41,534 nt of DNA from a virus. Taxonomy: Duplodnaviria; Caudoviricetes. Positions 36,013 to 41,534 of this stretch are shown here, piece after piece. Made by a program: the position numbers and the translations under genes. The stretch is taken from positions 1 through 41,534 of the IMG/VR virus record IMGVR_UViG_3300027653_000027; one strand, 5' to 3'. The notes beneath the pieces are model-generated. The model saw only the letters and a program-made list of their open reading frames with translations. It searched no databases and was not told the DNA's origin. Each line of letters begins with the position of its first letter. The first letter of the stretch is position 1.

Positions 36013-36387
36013 ATGGACTTAAAAATAGATATTAATGGTACTGGGGACTTAATCTTTGATAATGGTAACATCCCTCTTACAACAGAAGAGGCGGACGTTG
36101 TCGGGCAGAGAGTGGCTATAAGGCTCAGGACAATTATGGGGGAATGGTTTTTAGACGAAAACTATGGCACCCCTTGGTTTCAAGTGATAGGAACTAAGAA
36201 AACCGCTTCTCAGGTAGACCCTATCATCCAAAGAGAAGTGTTGTCTGTGGAAGGGGTTAGGGAGATAGTTTCTTGGAGTAGTGGGGTGAGGGTGGATAGA
36301 ACCTATTGGTGTAGCTTCACTATAAGGACAAAGAATGGAGGATTGTCTGAGGCCATTAGCCTGTTTCCCCCAACCAATGTAATTTAA
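36013..36387 (+). CDS. baseplate wedge/sheath initiator (gp25-like)
   Basis: QRVAIRLRTIMGEWFLDENYGTPW; start ATG 36013 after GGAG. Confidence 0.8.
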   Translation: MDLKIDINGTGDLIFDNGNIPLTTEEADVVGQRVAIRLRTIMGEWFLDENYGTPWFQVIGTKKTASQVDPIIQREVLSVEGVREIVSWSSGVRVDRTYWCSFTIRTKNGGLSEAISLFPPTNVI

Positions 36388-36402
36388 ATACGGAAGAGGT
36401 TT

Positions 36403-37848
36403 ATGGCAGGTTTAACGGATAAAGGTATTTCGATAAAAAGGCTCCCAGAGGTGGTGGGAGATTTAAGGAAGCGGGCTGAGGTTATATTCCAAGACTTGTT
36501 GGAAGACCCTAATGACATAGTTGACACCTCTAATGATAGCACAATTGGAAGGTTTATCGGCCTGATTGCTCCCGCCCTAGCAGAGCTTTGGGAGACAGAC
36601 TTAGACATCTACTCTGCATTCAACCCTCATACAGCAGTGGGAATTCCTTTAGATAATATTGTAGCTATTGGAGGGATTACAAGGAGGGAGGAAAGCTTCA
36701 CAACAGCAGAAGTGTATCTTACAGGAAACCCTGGGACAAATATTACTACGGGACTCGTCGTTAGTAGCCCCTCTACATCTGCTTTCTATGAAATCACTCA
36801 GGGAGTGGTTCTTGATGCTGATGTGTGCCATGGGGTGGGGGTGGAGGTAGCCAACTTCCTCCCTGAAACAGACTACTCTGTATTCTACAAGATATCAGAT
36901 TCAACAGTATTTAAAGAGATAAAAATAACAACAGGGTTGTTCCCTACAGTGGATGGTATCTTTGAAGACTTGATGACAGAGATAGTTACCAACCACCCTA
37001 CATTAAGGGTAAGAAGGGAAAACAACAGACTGTTTATTGAAAGTGGTATTGAACTGCAACTCCTATCTTTCTACACCTCCTTCAACCTGTCTGTCACCAA
37101 GGTGATAGGGATTAGTAGGGTGCAGGCCAGTGAGGCTGGAGAGATAGTACAGGGTCCAAACACTATCACTAACATTGCTACCCCTATCTTAGGTTGGGAC
37201 AGCGTAAGAAACCCCCTTCAAGCTGAGACAGGCTCTCATACAGAGACAGATGAAGAGCTTAGAAATAGGTTTAGGGAGTCTAAGTTTCAAAGAGCAACCA
37301 ATATTATGGAAGCTCTCTACAGCTCCCTCTACAACACTTCTGGCGTAGATGCAGTGATTATCTATGAGAACGATACAGACGAAACAGATGCGAGAGGTCT
37401 TCCTCCTCACTCATTCTGGACTATCGTTGATGGAGGAGTGGATACGGATGTTGCAAGAGCTATCTGGCTAAACAGGCCCACAGGTATTACAGGAATAGGT
37501 AATGTTGCTGTAGATATTGTGGACTCTTTTGGTTATATCAGAACGGTGAGGTTTAGTAGGCCAGAGCTTGTAGAAGTGTTTGTAAGGTTGTCTATAACAA
37601 CAAACCAAGACTTCCCTCAAGGGGGGCAGGAAGAGATTAAAACTAATCTTTCAGGGTATGTAGACTCCCTTGCTATCAATGAAGCTCTTATCTACAGCAG
37701 ACTCTACACTCCTATAAATAAAGTGAAGGGACACCAAGTGGATAGCTTAGAAGTGAGTTTAGATGGAGAGGAGTGGACAACAGCTAACATTTTAGTGGGA
37801 TTGGACCAGAAAGCTTATCTCCCTGCAAGTAATGTTTCGTTTGTGTAG
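36403..37848 (+). CDS. baseplate J-like wedge protein
   Basis: AVGIPLD, ETDEELRNRF, IYENDT, LPPHSF, RFSRP. Confidence 0.9.
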   Translation: MAGLTDKGISIKRLPEVVGDLRKRAEVIFQDLLEDPNDIVDTSNDSTIGRFIGLIAPALAELWETDLDIYSAFNPHTAVGIPLDNIVAIGGITRREESFTTAEVYLTGNPGTNITTGLVVSSPSTSAFYEITQGVVLDADVCHGVGVEVANFLPETDYSVFYKISDSTVFKEIKITTGLFPTVDGIFEDLMTEIVTNHPTLRVRRENNRLFIESGIELQLLSFYTSFNLSVTKVIGISRVQASEAGEIVQGPNTITNIATPILGWDSVRNPLQAETGSHTETDEELRNRFRESKFQRATNIMEALYSSLYNTSGVDAVIIYENDTDETDARGLPPHSFWTIVDGGVDTDVARAIWLNRPTGITGIGNVAVDIVDSFGYIRTVRFSRPELVEVFVRLSITTNQDFPQGGQEEIKTNLSGYVDSLAINEALIYSRLYTPINKVKGHQVDSLEVSLDGEEWTTANILVGLDQKAYLPASNVSFV

Positions 37849-37857
37849 GGGTGATGT

Positions 37858-38709
37858 ATGAGTTTTCAGATTAACCCATTTGATACAAAAGACTTCTTAG
37901 AAGAAGCAAGAGACAGGACAACTATACAGTTTGAGAAAGATTCTGCTCCTGTATTTGATAAGTTTTTGCAGCTCATCTTTTTAGAGGCAATGGAAATACA
38001 AGCCACTAAGAAGGATTTGATGCAGCTAAGAAGTATAGAAACTGCGGAAGGTGCTCAGCTCGATATTATCGGAGAGATAGTGGGCCAACCTCGAACACTG
38101 ATTGATGTAGACTTGTTTACATTCTTTGGGTTTAGGGGACATTGGAACGCTGACACCTATGGAGACCTAAATGATGCTGGTGTAGGTAGTGTTTGGTGGG
38201 ATGGAGAATCCCCCACTACAGGGAACATCACGCTAAATGATGAACTCTACAGACTACTCATCAAAGCAAAGATTGCTAAGAACGTAACAAGAGCCACCCC
38301 AGAAGATGTGATTAACTTCACCAACTTTGTGTTCAGCACTAATGGTAGTACCATCACAGATGAAGGTGGAGCTAAGTTTAATCTTCTTATTGGTAGAGTG
38401 CTTACAAAACAAGAAGTGGGCCTTCTTAGGTATATAAACAGAACTGCCGGGTATGAAGCAAGGCTACTCCCCAAACCTGTTGGCGTAGGAATGGAGTATG
38501 GTAGTTTCGATTATGAAAGTTTCTTTGCCTTCCAAGGAATTCCTAATGCCAAGGGGTACGGAAGTTTAGGATACACCCACTACTTTGATGGGGAGCATCT
38601 TTATGATGGACAAGCAGTGCCTTCTGTTTTTCTCGATAGAGACGAGAATGGCAACCTCTATGGAGGGAAGTGGGCAAGTTTACATAGTGATATAGAGGGA
38701 GTGTTTTAA
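37858..38709 (+). CDS. baseplate wedge protein (DUF2612-like)
   Basis: TAEGAQLDIIGEIVG, LNDELYRLLIKAKI, LLPKPVGV. Confidence 0.85.
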   Translation: MSFQINPFDTKDFLEEARDRTTIQFEKDSAPVFDKFLQLIFLEAMEIQATKKDLMQLRSIETAEGAQLDIIGEIVGQPRTLIDVDLFTFFGFRGHWNADTYGDLNDAGVGSVWWDGESPTTGNITLNDELYRLLIKAKIAKNVTRATPEDVINFTNFVFSTNGSTITDEGGAKFNLLIGRVLTKQEVGLLRYINRTAGYEARLLPKPVGVGMEYGSFDYESFFAFQGIPNAKGYGSLGYTHYFDGEHLYDGQAVPSVFLDRDENGNLYGGKWASLHSDIEGVF

Positions 38710-40784
38710 TGGCTAAATATCCTGACAAGGATGAGTGGATCGAAGAGATATTGATCCCTGATAGAGCTACCCCCATTCTTGGCGGACAGCCAGTGTGGGA
38801 GGGAGACAGGCTTGTAGATGGTTTTGCTAACGTGCCTGCGGGACAGTTGGCCAATAGGACAAGGCATCTCAAGAATAAAGTAGAACAGATTGAAGCTGAT
38901 ATAGATGGAGATTCTTCTCCCTTTATTCGTAAAGAGAATAACCTATCTGACCTAGACGATCTACAGCAAGCTAAATACAACCTTGGCCTAAACCTTGTAG
39001 ATAATACAAGAGACTTAGATAAGCCTGTCAGCGTTCCTCAGCAAGAAGCTCTAGATAATAAGGTGGATAGGGATGACCTTGCCAACCCCGACATGGGCGC
39101 GGCGATGGTGGCGCGTGGCGTGGTGGCGGTAGAAAGTTATAGCGCACTTACACAGCTCCCGGCTGGCCAGAGGAAGCCCGATCTTCGATACTTGGTTTGC
39201 GGGAGCGTTTTCCGATGGGATGCCGTAAAGAGCATGTTTGTCGCGGAAGGCCCGATTACGATGAGAGCCTTTGGCGCGGTCGCCGATGGCATTCACCCGG
39301 ACAATCAGGCATTTGCAGACGCCGCCGCTTATTGTGGGGCTAACAAAGGCATTTCTCTAGACCTTGAAGGTAGGGACTATTATTTATACGACGCAAGGGA
39401 AGCGTTCAATGTAAATGACATTAGATCGTTTATCGTTCATGGGGGCAATGCCACAATTCACTTGGAAAACCCCACCCAAGATGGTATGAGAACTGTATTT
39501 AACGTAACCAAAGTTAAATATGTGAAAGTGACTGGCGTGCACTTCAAGATAAGCGTCATCGATAATTCTACTCCGGTTGACCCATCAATCAACGGCTCCA
39601 GAAGTTACGCGATACGTGTGGCTAGAGAAACCGGCGCAGATCCGCATGTGCCTCATAACGATTATTGTGAGATATCGGGATGTATCTTTGAGGACCTTGT
39701 CGGTATTCCGAACACCTCCCCGACAAGGCCGTTTAGTGGGTCGCTCAACGTAGCACAATCTAACTACGTTCGTATTTTCGACAACCAGTTTATAAACGGC
39801 TGCGGGAGAGTGTGCTACGTTAACGACAGCTACAACGTATCCATACGCAACAATAAGTTTGTTAATCTAAATTATGTGCCGACCCCCGTTGGAACCCCGC
39901 TAGGAACTCTCAGTATTCGCATACTCTCATGCATCGATGTAAACATAACGGAAAACACCCTAGAGTTTGCAGAGGCCAATAATCACACAATTTTGGCACG
40001 GGGTATTTATTTAGGCCCATCATCCCAGAAGCCTGACGTACCAACGTCCAATGTAAGGGTGAGCGGAAATACATTCATAGCAAACAAGGACATAGACCGT
40101 TTGCGGCTTATCGGGCTGGATATGGTAGACACGATAAAAATAAATGATAACGTGTTTTATGGCAACTCTGCCAAGTCAAATTCTGTTTATGCTATATTTG
40201 CGCCCTTTGACTCCCAGGTATCAAATGTAGAGATTTTCGGAAACTCCTTCTTTGACGCTTACCCAGAGTTTGTTCGCTTAGCGCCGGATGCCGAGAAGCA
40301 CAACGTGTCCGCAAATGGGAATTATCTTTACTTCGAGGGCTCTATAAAGACGCCGGTCTTGCGTTTGACCCGTATGGAGAAGAACGCATTCGGCAACTAC
40401 GCCTTTGTTGACGGTGACCTTATCGGCTCTTACTCAGGCTTGGGGCAGGTTGGTTATGAACTATTCGAGGAGGAGCTACATATTACGGATGCAACGCTAG
40501 ATAGTTATCTATCGGGAGGCGTGTTAGATATTCCGTTCGGAACAAGGGTCGTATCTTTTAATCTATCCTCGTCTCCAGATATAGAGGATATAACGATTGA
40601 TGGAGCCAAGCCGGACAACTATTCTGTGTATCTATTCAGCAGGCAGTACAATGCGGCAGTAAGTCCTACCCTTAAAGAAGCGTGGGATGGGTTAAGGTTG
40701 CGAGATAAAACAGACAAAAACCTAGGCGACACAACTGTCACATTGAGATTCTCGTCGATTTATAGTCGGTGGGCGCAGGTATAA
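38709..40784 (+). CDS. tailspike/receptor-binding protein with right-handed beta-helix (putative depolymerase)
   Basis: N-terminal ANVPAGQLANRTRHLK anchor; FGAVADG..DN.AF..A; repeated I..N.F beta-helix rungs. Confidence 0.85.
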   Translation: MAKYPDKDEWIEEILIPDRATPILGGQPVWEGDRLVDGFANVPAGQLANRTRHLKNKVEQIEADIDGDSSPFIRKENNLSDLDDLQQAKYNLGLNLVDNTRDLDKPVSVPQQEALDNKVDRDDLANPDMGAAMVARGVVAVESYSALTQLPAGQRKPDLRYLVCGSVFRWDAVKSMFVAEGPITMRAFGAVADGIHPDNQAFADAAAYCGANKGISLDLEGRDYYLYDAREAFNVNDIRSFIVHGGNATIHLENPTQDGMRTVFNVTKVKYVKVTGVHFKISVIDNSTPVDPSINGSRSYAIRVARETGADPHVPHNDYCEISGCIFEDLVGIPNTSPTRPFSGSLNVAQSNYVRIFDNQFINGCGRVCYVNDSYNVSIRNNKFVNLNYVPTPVGTPLGTLSIRILSCIDVNITENTLEFAEANNHTILARGIYLGPSSQKPDVPTSNVRVSGNTFIANKDIDRLRLIGLDMVDTIKINDNVFYGNSAKSNSVYAIFAPFDSQVSNVEIFGNSFFDAYPEFVRLAPDAEKHNVSANGNYLYFEGSIKTPVLRLTRMEKNAFGNYAFVDGDLIGSYSGLGQVGYELFEEELHITDATLDSYLSGGVLDIPFGTRVVSFNLSSSPDIEDITIDGAKPDNYSVYLFSRQYNAAVSPTLKEAWDGLRLRDKTDKNLGDTTVTLRFSSIYSRWAQV

Positions 40785-41175
40785 CTAAAAGGCTCGGGAG
40801 CACAAGCGTAATAAGTAGGCTCCTTTAGGGGTTCACGTACAGCAGGGTGCAGGGGCAGTGTGGTTCGACAGTTAGTTCTCGACTATGCTGCCCCGCGGTG
40901 GCCAGACCAGCAGGCTGGAGACCGGGCGGGCATCTACGTAGTATCCTTAAAGCCGCTCTAACCAGAGGCTTCTTCTATCTACGCGAATGCAACATTTCGA
41001 CACAGCTTGTTTAGTGCTAAACTTGAATTCAAACTATGACAGCGACCTTTGGGGGTTCTATGAGATGGACGATTCTGGCAGTTGCAGCGCTCCGTGATGA
41101 GCAGACCCTACGTTCGTGCAGTGAGGCGTGTTGCCATTTAACTATGCCAAATAAAACATAAAAGGATCATTTATA

Positions 41176-41534
41176 GTGGAAATACAAAAACCCAGTACGC
41201 TTAATTCTATCTGGGCTGTGGCTGGAGAGAGAATTAAGCCTGACGACAGTAAGATTCAACAGGGGTGGGTGGTAGAAATACCTCCCCTTCAGTATGAGAA
41301 CTGGCTTGGCAACAGACGAGACACAGCTTTAGCTCATATCAACCAGCATGGCATCCCTACGTGGGACCAATATACAAGATATATTGCTGGGAAGAGTTAT
41401 GTTCAAGGAAGTGATGGATTTGTCTATAAAGCTCTTGTAGACAATTTCAATGCAAACCCCACAACAGACAGAAACTCTTGGGCAATTGCTTTTGTTTCAG
41501 CGGACAGTGCAGAGAGTGTAAAACTGTTTAATGG
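41176..41534 (+). CDS. tail fibre protein, N-terminal part (truncated by window end)
   Basis: GTG start after AAGGA; IWA..G...KP...KIQQGWVVEIPPLQYENW...HINQHGIP.WD...SYVQGSDG. Confidence 0.85.
   Translation, partial: MEIQKPSTLNSIWAVAGERIKPDDSKIQQGWVVEIPPLQYENWLGNRRDTALAHINQHGIPTWDQYTRYIAGKSYVQGSDGFVYKALVDNFNANPTTDRNSWAIAFVSADSAESVKLFN

Noticed and set aside
21525-39300. Numerous minus-strand ORFs over the structural genes, and plus-strand ORFs over nrdAB
   Set aside because: Shadow ORFs antisense to well-supported genes

Overview
A 41.5-kb segment of a lytic contractile-tailed dsDNA phage (myovirus). The structural gene order resembles Felix O1/PAK_P1-type phages; this is recognised from protein motifs and synteny, not from a database search. 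Layout: (1) 1-2330, a few small genes and a repeat-rich non-coding tract; (2) 2330-7430, early small ORFs including a Mom-family DNA-modification gene; (3) 7430-13670, minus-strand block with a putative endolysin, nrdB/nrdA, a Lar-like gene, three tRNAs split by an HNH endonuclease and a SLOG/DUF2493 gene; (4) 13716-14700, a promoter-driven, ORF-free, densely base-paired ~450-nt region with two predicted pseudoknot/kissing contacts, followed by an AT-rich origin-like tract. This candidate large ncRNA is the most novel-looking element. (5) 15100-41534, ClpP-like protease, packaging, head, tail, baseplate and receptor-binding genes. The large terminase is split by two ORF-less group I introns and the portal by a third, with splice junctions that can be placed to the nucleotide. 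Also present: a -1 frameshift in the tail chaperone, a hairpin-gated free-standing HNH gene between sheath and tube, and several small structured-RNA candidates. All RNA structures were paired by eye and need computational confirmation.
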